Virus record (IMG/VR): IMGVR_UViG_3300046458_000091
Span: 18,802-82,801 of that record
DNA from: a virus
DNA: 64,000 nt
Strand: one strand, 5' to 3'
Shown here: positions 9,773 through 19,800 of the stretch, one piece after another
Position numbering within the stretch: position 1 is the first letter of the stretch
Layout: each line of letters starts with the position of its first letter
The notes under the pieces: model-generated
What the model saw: the letters and a program-made list of their open reading frames with translations, nothing else
The model's database searches: none
What the model was told of the DNA's origin: nothing
Made by a program: the position numbers and the translations under genes

Positions 9773-10246
9773 TTACTGATTCGCAAACCAGTGGTAGTGC
9801 AGCGTGCCGGCCAGAAGGAGAACCTGGCTGTCGTTTTCCCAGTCGCGGTCGGGCTGATCCATGACCAGAAAGGCGTCGATGATGCTTTCTTTCTGGGTGT
9901 AATCGTCCGGGCGACCGGCGTAGATGGTCGCGTTGAACGTGCCACCGTTCGCCAAGATTGCCTTGAGCATTTCGTGGGCATGACTGCGGACGGTCTCGTA
10001 GATACCGCACGGGCCTTCTTGCTTGGTCTTGACCTGCTTGGGCTGGCCCATTTCCTGACCCAGAGGGCCGAAATACGGGATGTTGTCGCCCACGGTCGGA
10101 ATCGGCCACGGGAACTGTTTGATCAGCAGCGTCATGTCTTCGAATCCTTCGATGACAATCTGCGCGTCAGCCTGGACGGCCTTACGGCCCATGTCCTGCG
10201 TGTTTTGGTACGTGCGACTCAAAATCGCCATTTTGGAAACGGTCAT
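9773..10246 (-). CDS. Tail tube protein (P1 BplB-like)
   Basis: 157 aa, own late promoter, IKQFPWP...GTLHYHWF. Confidence 0.6.
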   Translation of the reverse strand: MTVSKMAILSRTYQNTQDMGRKAVQADAQIVIEGFEDMTLLIKQFPWPIPTVGDNIPYFGPLGQEMGQPKQVKTKQEGPCGIYETVRSHAHEMLKAILANGGTFNATIYAGRPDDYTQKESIIDAFLVMDQPDRDWENDSQVLLLAGTLHYHWFANQ

Positions 10247-10337
10247 ACATCACCCTTTGGGAATCTCAACAAACAGGGCAATCGTCACACGTAAAAAAAC
10301 CCGCTTTTGGGCGGGCTTTGCAGGGTTTTTAGGCGCG

Positions 10338-11531
10338 TTACCGGGCGAAAAATCGCTTGATATCGGGCCGATCCAGAGCCGTGAGCGTGGCCATGGAAAT
10401 CTGCACCGGCAAGTCGATGTAATAACCCTTGTTGTCCTTGGGCGCGTCGAGCGGGAAGCTGACGTTTTCAATCACCATCGGCGCCCAGGTGCGGCCCGCG
10501 TAGGTGAAGCCCAACAGGCGCGGCGCCTTGGACGGAAACAGGGCCTTGATAAAGCTGTCGATGTCCTTGGTGGTTTGCAGCACCTCAGACAAGATGCCGT
10601 CCTCTGCCAGCTCCTGGGGGAATACCCACTCCAGCAGGCGCGTCAGCGGCTGTTCCACTTCCTTGAGCGCATCGTGCCAAGCCTTGAAATGCAGGGTGAA
10701 GTTCAGCTTTAACGGCGGCATGCCCGAAAACACCTGGCGCGAATTGAGCTTGGTGATACCGGTGCGGCCTTCAAGGTCGCGCATAACGCTCTTGAGCTTG
10801 TCAGAGCCCGCATTGAGCGTATCGGCTATCGCGCCATCCTTGAACGGGGAAATCGCCTGTAGCGCGTTCAGGACCGGCACCAGCGAGCCCGATTGCAACA
10901 TCCCCGCCAGCGCGGGGGCCTTGGTCTCAGGCCCGGTGTTCTCGAAAGGCGACTGCCAGTTCTGCTGGATTTCCAGCGAACCCTCTTTGAGGGCGCCATA
11001 GACCCCCTCAAACTCTTGAATATCGGCCACGCCCTTCGCGTCACACACGAAAATGCGCGCCAGGAACAGCGGCGACAGCGACCCCCAGTCGCCGCCCAGG
11101 TCAGAACTGAGCGACTTGGCGCCGGGAATGTACTCGCCGACCAGACCGGCGCCACCGTCGAAAATGTTCGATACGACCTGTTCCGGGTCGGCGTTCTTCA
11201 CGTCATCGACCAAACCGCTAACCTTGTCCGCTACGCCATCGTAGACGTCACTGATCGTGGTCTTGCCGTTCCACAGGTCGGATACCGTATCGCTGACGGT
11301 GCCTAACGCCCCTTCAATGGCCTTGCGGTTGGCGGTGCCGCCTACAAGACTGTCCAGGCGGCCTACACCGGCCTTGATGATGCCGGAGGCGGCGCCAGCG
11401 GCACCGTCCCCTATGAACTTGGTGGCTGACCCCAGCAGTTTGTTAGACGTCGCCCCGGCAGCGGTTCCGGTCACGTCTTTTACGGTGCCGGAGACCGATT
11501 GCCCGAGGCTGTCTAAACTGAAGTCAGCCAT
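10338..11531 (-). CDS. Baseplate/tail protein
   Basis: NWQSPFE, NSRQVFSGMPP, PMVIENVSFPLDAP motifs typical of P1-like tail genes. Confidence 0.55.
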   Translation of the reverse strand: MADFSLDSLGQSVSGTVKDVTGTAAGATSNKLLGSATKFIGDGAAGAASGIIKAGVGRLDSLVGGTANRKAIEGALGTVSDTVSDLWNGKTTISDVYDGVADKVSGLVDDVKNADPEQVVSNIFDGGAGLVGEYIPGAKSLSSDLGGDWGSLSPLFLARIFVCDAKGVADIQEFEGVYGALKEGSLEIQQNWQSPFENTGPETKAPALAGMLQSGSLVPVLNALQAISPFKDGAIADTLNAGSDKLKSVMRDLEGRTGITKLNSRQVFSGMPPLKLNFTLHFKAWHDALKEVEQPLTRLLEWVFPQELAEDGILSEVLQTTKDIDSFIKALFPSKAPRLLGFTYAGRTWAPMVIENVSFPLDAPKDNKGYYIDLPVQISMATLTALDRPDIKRFFAR

Positions 11532-11534
11532 TTC

Positions 11535-12278
11535 TTACTTGCCCAGCATGCGGCGGCGTAGACGCATCGACTTCGCGCGCCGCATCTTCGCTGCACCGGA
11601 GAAGGCCTTTTTCTGCATTTTACGCACGGCGCTTTTCTGGGCAGCGGTCAGGCGAACGTGGCCGCTGACTCGCTTTTTGATGCGCACTTTCTTGCCCTGG
11701 CGCACGGCCATGACCTTCTTGTAGACCGCATCCATCATGTTGTCATCGTCGCCACTGACGAACTTGTCCGCGTCGTCGAGCATGGCATCGTCGCCCTGCG
11801 GCAGCTTATCCAGAAGTGCGTCATGCACGCGGGCAGCTACTTCGTTGTCGAAGCTCATTTCTTCGCCCAGCAAGGCGTCAATGTCTTCAGGGGCAATACC
11901 TTTATCTTCCATGTAGTCGCCGATCAGATCGGACAGATTCGCGGCATAGTCGGATTCGGCGTCGGTGATTTCTTCGTCGCCATCCGTGGCCACGCCGACA
12001 ATCAGCGCATACAGGCGGTCGCCGTAGCCTTCGCCCTTTTCAAGCTCCGACTCAGACCACTCCTGGACGATCATCACCGCGTCTTGGCGCATTTCGGCGG
12101 TGATGAGGGTGTCAGGCGCGTTTTCCTCGGTGATGTCGTCGAGCATGGCGCCCGGCTGATTCAGCGGCTTTTCTTGTTGCTGCTGTTGTTGCTGTTGCTG
12201 TTGTTGGTCAACAGCCGGTGCGGCGTAGGCCTGGGTGATGGCCGCGCCAGCGGCCAGTACGGTTTTCAGGTAGTTCAT
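11535..12278 (-). CDS. P1 gp21-like virion protein with acidic body and very basic C-terminus
   Basis: Follows the sheath gene; RLTAAQKSAVRK...AAKMRRAKSMRLRRR; poly-Q tract. Confidence 0.65.
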   Translation of the reverse strand: MNYLKTVLAAGAAITQAYAAPAVDQQQQQQQQQQQEKPLNQPGAMLDDITEENAPDTLITAEMRQDAVMIVQEWSESELEKGEGYGDRLYALIVGVATDGDEEITDAESDYAANLSDLIGDYMEDKGIAPEDIDALLGEEMSFDNEVAARVHDALLDKLPQGDDAMLDDADKFVSGDDDNMMDAVYKKVMAVRQGKKVRIKKRVSGHVRLTAAQKSAVRKMQKKAFSGAAKMRRAKSMRLRRRMLGK

Positions 12279-12290
12279 GGGGTCACCTCC

Positions 12291-13937
12291 TTACGGGCGC
12301 ACGATGTTTTGCTGGTTGCTGATAACCCGGGCGGTGCCGACGTAAGACATGAATGTCTCGATGGCCATCCGTTCCATGGGTTGGTTTTCGCTCGGCTGGA
12401 TAGTGGCGTTGTAGGCGCCGCCGTCGAGTTCAGCGCTCGGTTGAAGCCAGCCCGCCGACTTCAGCGCTGGGAAAAACTTCGCTACAAAGTCTTCGGTTGT
12501 CTTGACTGCCTGATCCATTGGCTTTTGCAGGGCTTGCTGAGCCACGGCTGCAATCGTGTCGTCCACGTAAGTCGCCATTTCCACAACGGCGATGAGCTTG
12601 GTGGCGCCCTCGGTTTTCGCGCCGGTCAGGGAGTCCCACCAGACGAAATTGCCGCCGCTCACGTAGTCCACATAGAACACAGGGTTGATACGGCTGGCCG
12701 CCAGGGTTTCCAGGTCGTCCGATTCCAGCTCTACGGTCTGGATCATGCCGGTACGGGTAACCGCGAAATCACTGCCCGCGATCACGACATTGCGTTTTGC
12801 GATGCCCTTGGCGTTGACCACTGCGTTACGCGCGCAGCGCAGGCCGATGTTCAAGCCGGACGTGCCGATGAAAGCCTGGCCACCCGCTGCCGGATTGGTA
12901 GCCGTGAACGGGGCCCAATAGCACTGGCTGTAGATGATGTCGGTATCGCCGCCTACGGAGTCGTAGAAGTTAACGGCAGCCTCAACGCTGAAGCGGCCCG
13001 GGATGTCCCACGGCACCTGGCGGTTGATGTCCTTGCCCAGCTGGAGCAGGCGAGAAAGCAGCGCAACGCTTTCGGTGCCGCCAGAGCCAATGTAGGTGAA
13101 CGAAGGCTTGGCACGGCGCAGGCGCGCTACAGCAGCGTCCAGGTCGGCATTGGTGTACAGCGTCGGGCCTTCAGTGAAGTACTGGAGCGGCGAGCCAGAG
13201 AAAATATCCTTGTTGCCGGTCTTGCCGTAGAACACGCAGGTCGGCGGGATAACCGCGTCCAGCGCCACATCAGTCACCAGCAGCAGGTCGGTGTACTGGG
13301 TCACGATGTCGGTAATGAAGTAGCTCTTACCGAATTCGTCCAGAGCAGCCGGATCAAGCGAGCCAGTGTAAGGACCCAGCACGATTTCGTTGGTATTCAC
13401 GTCACGCAGTTGCAGGGTGACGATTTTGGAGGCCTGGGCCACGCCCGCGTCATTTTCAACCGCGACAGCATGGATTTCGGGCTGCACGCCCTCGCTGAAG
13501 CATTCCAGGTGCTTGATGGCCAGCAGATCACCTGCCGACAAGCCCACCTCTTCATCGACCAGTTTCCATACCGGCGTTGCAGTAGCGCCCTGGGCCGGGG
13601 GCAAGGAAGCGGTGGCCACCATCAGCTGGTTCTTAGCGCTGGCACTAACCAGACGCGAGACAACGGCCTGTACGGTGCCCGCCTTGAGGGCTTCATAGAT
13701 ATGAACGTAGGGCTGCGCCAGGGCGCTGGCCGACATCGACTGAGCAGCGCCCAGCCAGCGGGTTTGCTTGCCCTTGGAAACCGCAAAGGCCTTGTCAATG
13801 CGCCCACGGCTAAAGCGGCCAGTGATGGCCATGTTGTGCGCCACAGTGTTGGTGCTGGGCTGTTCGGACATGTCGTTGATCGGGTACAGCAGTACGCCGG
13901 AACGCTTGTCGATGGTGCGCGAGAAAGGAATGGTCAT
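12291..13937 (-). CDS. Contractile tail sheath protein
   Basis: 548 aa, GRFSRGRIDKAF.V, LAASRINPV, YVGTARVI; position after the capsid gene as in P1. Confidence 0.8.
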   Translation of the reverse strand: MTIPFSRTIDKRSGVLLYPINDMSEQPSTNTVAHNMAITGRFSRGRIDKAFAVSKGKQTRWLGAAQSMSASALAQPYVHIYEALKAGTVQAVVSRLVSASAKNQLMVATASLPPAQGATATPVWKLVDEEVGLSAGDLLAIKHLECFSEGVQPEIHAVAVENDAGVAQASKIVTLQLRDVNTNEIVLGPYTGSLDPAALDEFGKSYFITDIVTQYTDLLLVTDVALDAVIPPTCVFYGKTGNKDIFSGSPLQYFTEGPTLYTNADLDAAVARLRRAKPSFTYIGSGGTESVALLSRLLQLGKDINRQVPWDIPGRFSVEAAVNFYDSVGGDTDIIYSQCYWAPFTATNPAAGGQAFIGTSGLNIGLRCARNAVVNAKGIAKRNVVIAGSDFAVTRTGMIQTVELESDDLETLAASRINPVFYVDYVSGGNFVWWDSLTGAKTEGATKLIAVVEMATYVDDTIAAVAQQALQKPMDQAVKTTEDFVAKFFPALKSAGWLQPSAELDGGAYNATIQPSENQPMERMAIETFMSYVGTARVISNQQNIVRP

Positions 13938-14368
13938 TGCTGAGCCTCCACAGGGGCAGCGGCTGGAGCTGCGGCCTCAGTTTTGCCAGGCTTGGTGACC
14001 TTGGCGGTGCTCTTGCCCGCTGTCGAATCGGCAGGCGTATCACCTACCGGGTCAAGAGGCGCCTCAGGGACCGGCGCCACCACTTGGGGAGCGGTCAGCT
14101 CTGCGAAGTCCTCAGCATCACTGCCAGCACGGCTGGCCAGCTGGGACAGATCGGTAACCAGCAGCCAGGCCTGGTCAATGCTGCGTACGCGCACCTTCAC
14201 GGCCTCGCCCGGGGCGATAGGGGTGTTGATGCCCGAGGACGGGACTACCAACGCCTTGATGTGCTTGTGCTTCAGCTCCAGCACGAAGGGGAAGGTCTGA
14301 CCATCCACCAGTTTCTCAACGAGAGCCTGCGGGGCGTCACCTGCCTTGCTATCAATCTTTACTGTCAT
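13934..14368 (-). CDS. Hypothetical virion protein
   Basis: Coupled between capsid and sheath genes. Confidence 0.65.
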   Translation of the reverse strand: MTVKIDSKAGDAPQALVEKLVDGQTFPFVLELKHKHIKALVVPSSGINTPIAPGEAVKVRVRSIDQAWLLVTDLSQLASRAGSDAEDFAELTAPQVVAPVPEAPLDPVGDTPADSTAGKSTAKVTKPGKTEAAAPAAAPVEAQQ

Positions 14369-15035
14369 ACATCACCTGCAAACCCAAAAGGTTGTTCCAC
14401 TTGTGCGCCCGTGCACTGCTGGTCAGCGCCTTGCTGAGCTTCGCCCACTGCACCTGGTCAACCTCGACCGCGACAGTCCCGTAGGCGGGAATGGCAACGT
14501 TCGGCCCGGCCACTGCAAAGCGGTCTCGGGTGTTGTTGGTAAGGGTCACAGTGGCGGGGAAGTCAGCGATTTCAGGCAGCACCCACCCTGTAAAAGGTAC
14601 GGCACCGGAATCGGTGTTTTTGGCAGGGGTTTGCGCCCGTTGCGCGTCTTCAGCAATGGCCAGATCCCAGGCTTTCGCGTCGTTGCGCTCGCCGTCTTCA
14701 TGGATGGCGTCATCCCAAGCGGCCAGGCCTTCCGTGCGCAGGGCGTCATAAGCACGGGCCTCATCCTCTGCAAGAGCCATCGCAGCGGCGTCAGCGGCTG
14801 CCGCGTCGGTCAGGCGTTTCAGTTCGGCAGCCGGATCGGCATCACCACCACCCGAGCCATCGCCACCCTCGGGCCCGGACCCACCTGGTGGAGCGCCCGC
14901 ACCTGGAGCAGGTGCGGCAGCGCCAGGCGTTGCGCCTGGCTCTTTAACTTCATCCTTCGCGCCAGCGGCGCCCGCCTTGGGCGCCTTGGCGGCAACGGCC
15001 TTATCCGTTGCCTTTTTAGTCGTAGTGCCAGCCAT
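14352..15035 (-). CDS. Hypothetical virion protein (low-complexity N-terminus)
   Basis: Directly downstream of the capsid gene with an RBS. Confidence 0.65.
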   Translation of the reverse strand: MAGTTTKKATDKAVAAKAPKAGAAGAKDEVKEPGATPGAAAPAPGAGAPPGGSGPEGGDGSGGGDADPAAELKRLTDAAAADAAAMALAEDEARAYDALRTEGLAAWDDAIHEDGERNDAKAWDLAIAEDAQRAQTPAKNTDSGAVPFTGWVLPEIADFPATVTLTNNTRDRFAVAGPNVAIPAYGTVAVEVDQVQWAKLSKALTSSARAHKWNNLLGLQVMYDSKD

Positions 15036-15048
15036 GACGGCCCCCTGA

Positions 15049-16731
15049 TCAGGTCAGTGCAAACACGTTCTTGATGGTGATCAGCGCGCAACCCAGGGCC
15101 GAAGCCTTGTGCGGGTTGGCTTCAGTCAGTTGACGACTGAACAGCGCAGCACCGGTTTTCAGGTCGGAATTGACCGCCAGCGGGATCAGGGTCGGCGAGA
15201 CCGCATCAGAGAAGACAATCGGGTTACGCGCCACTTGCGGGGAGCGGCCGATGCACAGCATCTCGATGTCGGTCTCGGTTTCTTCGACGACATACGGGTC
15301 ATAGATGACGTCGTATTTGCCCTTGTAGCGGCCCACGCGCCAGAAGCCAGGCTTCGCGTCAACGCCGGACGATACGAAGTCGTTGCTGTCCATCGACAGG
15401 AACTGAGCCATACCGATAGCGCCCACGTAGATGAACGCCAGGCCGTATTCCATGGTGGTGTTGGCCACCGCCTGGTCAACAGCCGCGACGAACGAACCGA
15501 AGTCGCGCCAGCCCTGCGCACGGGTCTTCTGGAGCAGCATTTCAGCCGCGTTGAAGTCGTAAGTGCGGTGGGTGTTCTTCGCCAGCTTTTTGACCTTGCG
15601 CAGAGCCGCGATATAGCGCTCGTTGGCCAGCTGAGTACGCGCTGCCTGGACCGCGATGGTCAGGCGGTCGGCGCCCAGTTCCGACTGGGACTGGCTACGC
15701 GAATCAGGGGTGGCCTGCATGATCACGCGCGAGGGCGCGCAGTACAGGGAGAAGCTGGTAGCGATGGTGCCAATGTTCGGCGCCAGGGCTGGGTTTTGCT
15801 CGAAATCGATAAACGCCTGTGCGTCTACATCGACGTCCGCAGGCAGCGCCGTAGCGAACGCCAGAGAGCCCACGCCGGTTTTTACGTTGATTACACCGGT
15901 AATGGAGTAATCGGTGCCGCCCGCCGAAAAGGAGCCGACCAGATTGGAGTTGTCAGTGCCGGAGTTGTTGGACTGCTCGAAAGCAACCGAAAAACCGTTA
16001 ACTGCGATGGTGGTGCGGTTACGCAGCACAGGTACGGTGCCGCCAGCGCCACCGCTTTGGGTGGTAATGGCAAAGGTGCCGCTCTTGCGGTCGCCCGCGA
16101 TGGTCACCGGCACAACACGTTCAGAACGGGTGTACTCCTGGCCACCGGCCACGCCGTCGATGATGTCACCCGCTTTGTAGGCGCCGAAGGTGGAGCCTGC
16201 AATGGAGGTAATGATTGCCAACTTCGACTCGTTAGAGCTGAGGTCGGACGGCAGGTAAGCGCCGAACGGAATCGCCTCGCTCAGACCGCCAGTGATGGCC
16301 ACCGCGATGCGGTTCGGCTGGTGCGACAGGGACGCCGACGTGTTGTTGGTACTGATGCTGTCGAGGGTGACGCCATCGGGCAGGACGTTGGTGGCCTTGC
16401 CGTCAGAGATGTTTTCGGCCTGGGACAGAACGGCGTCCAGCAGGTCGGCGGACGGGGTGAAACCGTGTTGGCGTTCGAAGGCGTTGATGCCGTCGAGCAT
16501 GGAGGTTACGGCCAGGGCCTTGTTCTGGTCGCCGTCGATACGGTCCAGCAGGCGGCGCATGCGTTCAGGGGCCAGGCGTGCAGCGTCGGAGACAACGTTT
16601 TTCACAACGTCTTGGGATGCCGGGCTCAGGCTGTCGAGCATTGCGCCGTTATTACGGGCTGCCGCGACCATCGAACCAACTCGTTCCTCGACTTCGTACA
16701 AGCCGGAGTCGGGCGCGTAAAGATTGGGCAT
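15049..16731 (-). CDS. Major capsid protein precursor (P1 gp23-like)
   Basis: 560 aa, strong GAGG RBS, late promoter, N-terminal prodomain with MLD motifs. Confidence 0.8.
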   Translation of the reverse strand: MPNLYAPDSGLYEVEERVGSMVAAARNNGAMLDSLSPASQDVVKNVVSDAARLAPERMRRLLDRIDGDQNKALAVTSMLDGINAFERQHGFTPSADLLDAVLSQAENISDGKATNVLPDGVTLDSISTNNTSASLSHQPNRIAVAITGGLSEAIPFGAYLPSDLSSNESKLAIITSIAGSTFGAYKAGDIIDGVAGGQEYTRSERVVPVTIAGDRKSGTFAITTQSGGAGGTVPVLRNRTTIAVNGFSVAFEQSNNSGTDNSNLVGSFSAGGTDYSITGVINVKTGVGSLAFATALPADVDVDAQAFIDFEQNPALAPNIGTIATSFSLYCAPSRVIMQATPDSRSQSQSELGADRLTIAVQAARTQLANERYIAALRKVKKLAKNTHRTYDFNAAEMLLQKTRAQGWRDFGSFVAAVDQAVANTTMEYGLAFIYVGAIGMAQFLSMDSNDFVSSGVDAKPGFWRVGRYKGKYDVIYDPYVVEETETDIEMLCIGRSPQVARNPIVFSDAVSPTLIPLAVNSDLKTGAALFSRQLTEANPHKASALGCALITIKNVFALT

Positions 16732-16847
16732 TACGTGTTACCTCATTACTGATGATGGGCTGCGCCCGATACGTTTCAGAAATGATGGTAAGGGTCCAAA
16801 ACCCCCGTTTTTGGCGGGGGTTTGCACGGTTTTCACGCGGCGCGCTG

Positions 16848-19800
16848 CTACTTTTCGAGCACGATCAAACGCCCCCCGGCGTCGGTTTGCGCCAGCAGGT
16901 TTTTATCCTTGAAGGTGCCGCCTTCCAGGGGTTCGACCGTGGCGTCATGGGACTCAAGCCAGGCCCTGAAGGACGTCGCCGCCGCATCTCGACCGAAGAA
17001 AACCCCTTCCCCTGCGATGGCTACCAGCGTTCCGCCAGGCGCCAACATGCCGAAGGCGCGCATGATGTGAGCGGCGTCCCGGCGATTGCTAAAGGGTGGG
17101 TTCATGATGATGGCCGGGTACGGCTGTTCCGGCGTGAAGGTGTCGAAGTCGTTGCCAACCACGTTGTAGCCCTTGGCCGTGAGGATCTCGCGCAGCTGGT
17201 CGGACAGCTCGATGACATCCACTTCCCCGCCAGCAGCCTTTGCAGCGTCCGCCAGGTTGCCATTGCCCGCGCTGGGCTCCAGTACCCGCATGCCTTTCTT
17301 GATACCCGCCAGGGTGGCCATACGCTGCGCCAGGTGCGCAGGGGTAGGGAAGAAATCCAGGCCCACTTTCTGGCCGATGATGGCCCGTTCAGCTTTCTTG
17401 ATGGGGTCCTCTTCGACCTTTGCAACCATCATCGGAATCAGCTCGCGCACGGCGGCCTGCATGGTGGCCACGTCGGTGATGCCCATGCGCGCCAGCCGAT
17501 CTGTCTTGGCGATGGCCTCCATGGGGGCCTCCAGAATCCATGAGCCGGTGCCGGTGCCTTTTAGCGCGTCGTTGGCCTTACGGGTAATGGCCATGTCCTC
17601 GCTGTTCATGGTGAAGCGCTCAGACCGCTGGCCCATCTTGGCCAGGGCTGCAATCAGTCGGCTGTTACCTTTGGGGTTCTGCTTGGCGATGGCTTCCGAC
17701 GCCTTACGGAAACGTTCAGACCATGTGATCAGGCTCGGCATAGTGACGTGCTTGAGGTCGTTATCATCGACCGGGCGGCCTTTGCGGCTCAGCTGCTCGC
17801 TGTAGCTCAGATGCTTATCAGCTTCGTATTGCGCAAGGTGCAGCGCCTTTTGCAGCTCTTCCAACTGGGCCCGGCTCGACAGCTTGGCCAGCAAACCGGC
17901 TGTACCGTTTTCGATGGCGTCGGCGATGTTGTTCAACGTCTGGCCAGCGGCTTTGTCGTAGGAAGCGCGAGCGACGGAACTGGCGGCCATACCAGCACGC
18001 CGGGCGGTGTTGGTGTTGCGCTCCTGGTTCATGCCCGCGTGACCGGTCTCTACGGCTTTATTCGCCACAGCACGCAGCTTTTCCACCTGGTTGGACAGCG
18101 CCTTTTGCGCGCGCTCTGCGGCCTGGCGTTCTGCGGTGGCGAGCTGCTCGGCCTGCTGTTCTGGAGACAGCACGACCGGCGCCTGGGCGGCCGGGATGTG
18201 GGCGGTCTCGCCGGACAAGTACTTCTCGCGGATGAAGTACCCGCCGTTCATGCGCCAGGTGTACGGGTCGATTTCCTTGGCTTGCGCCTGGGTCAGGTCG
18301 GTGCGGATGATGCCGCGCAGCACCTTGTCGCGCTTGGTGGTGTATTCAATGATCTGGTGGGCCACGTCGGACGCTGGCGGCGGCTCAGGCGCCTCAGCTG
18401 GCTCCGGCTCCGACAGTTCGCCCTCAATGAACATATTCAGGACCAGCCCGCCCATATCATCCAGCATGACATCGGCGTTTTCGTGTTCTACACTTGCCCC
18501 TGACGGATGCCCTGAATAGTTATCAGGGGAACATCTGCCCCCTAAAGCGGTGCTTGTTGAATCAAGCATCGCTTTTTCTTTGGGCGGGTCAATCATCAGG
18601 TCGTAATACAGATGACCCATGTTGTCTTTCTCGACGACCACCCGTACCGCTATCGACTCTCCCGCCAACGCCACGACGCTGCTCAGGTTGTAATAGCCCA
18701 CGACCTGGGGCTTTTTGTCGAGCTTGAAATTCTGCACAAACTCGGCCGCCGTGGCGCTCGCCAGGATCTGCGGCACCGCATGCAGCAATTTGATTTTCTT
18801 GGGGTTGCCGCTGAACGCCAACGTCTCCTTGATGCCGCGCTGTCGAATTTCGACCTGGGCCCCAAGCACCGGGCAATTCACCATCTGCCCGCGCATAGCC
18901 TTCAAATACGCTTCAGCAGCGCCCCGCAAGGCCTTCTTGCCCTCAGGGGTGTCCGGGAACTCTCCGAACTCAGTGCCGGTTAACTCAATCGGCGGCTTCG
19001 GTACGTCCGGCTCTTCAGCTGTCTGGTCTTGCTGGGCGGCCTGCTCAAGCGGTATGACAATTCCGCCTTTCTCCACAAAGCTCGCCAGCGTTACGCCGGG
19101 AGCCAGGGAAAATGGCTTAGATTGGGCACGTAGGTTATTGAGCACTACGCCATCTTGCCGCAACTGAGCCAATGCGCTGGGACCTTCGGCGTTCGCCCCC
19201 TGGAGTTGCAGGCTGCCCAGCGTATTGCGGTCGGAGCGGCCGGTTTTCTCAAGGCACTCAACGATTTTGTATTTAGCCCGTGCGACCTGGAATTCACGAA
19301 GAGGCAACTTATCGATACGGCTGGCCGCGTACAGGCTGAATGTATCGAAGCCCACCGCCTTCGCTGCATACTGGTCGGCCGCGTCTGAATCGTCGCCTTT
19401 GGCCTCTTGCTCGGACGGCGCCGCAGGCTGCTCGATTTCCGGCATGACGGCCAGCTTGCGGGCCGCCTCCACCAGCGCGTCAAAGTCCTTGCCGACGATA
19501 CGAATACCGTTACCGCCACCCGGGAGGCGGTAGCTCAACGTCAAGCCAAGTTCCTGCTTTTCCACGCGCGCCCAGGAGCCGACCGGCGTGCTACTGATCT
19601 TGCGGCTCACTACGCCCTGGTTATGGCGCTGATCGTACGGCAGGGTGTCGAGCCAGGAGACGAACGCGGTGGCCAGCACCTTCTGCTGGGCAATCATGCT
19701 GTCATAGCCAGCCTCAGCCGGTGGCATATCCGGCCGGGCGAATACGGGGTTTGCGCCGCCTTCAAAGCCTGCCCGGGTCAGGAACATGTTATTGGCGTTT

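Noticed and set aside
11658-13943. Long plus-strand ORFs antisense to structural genes (761, 547, 531, 392 and 385 aa)
   Set aside because: Shadow frames of GC-rich minus-strand genes, with no recognisable motifs
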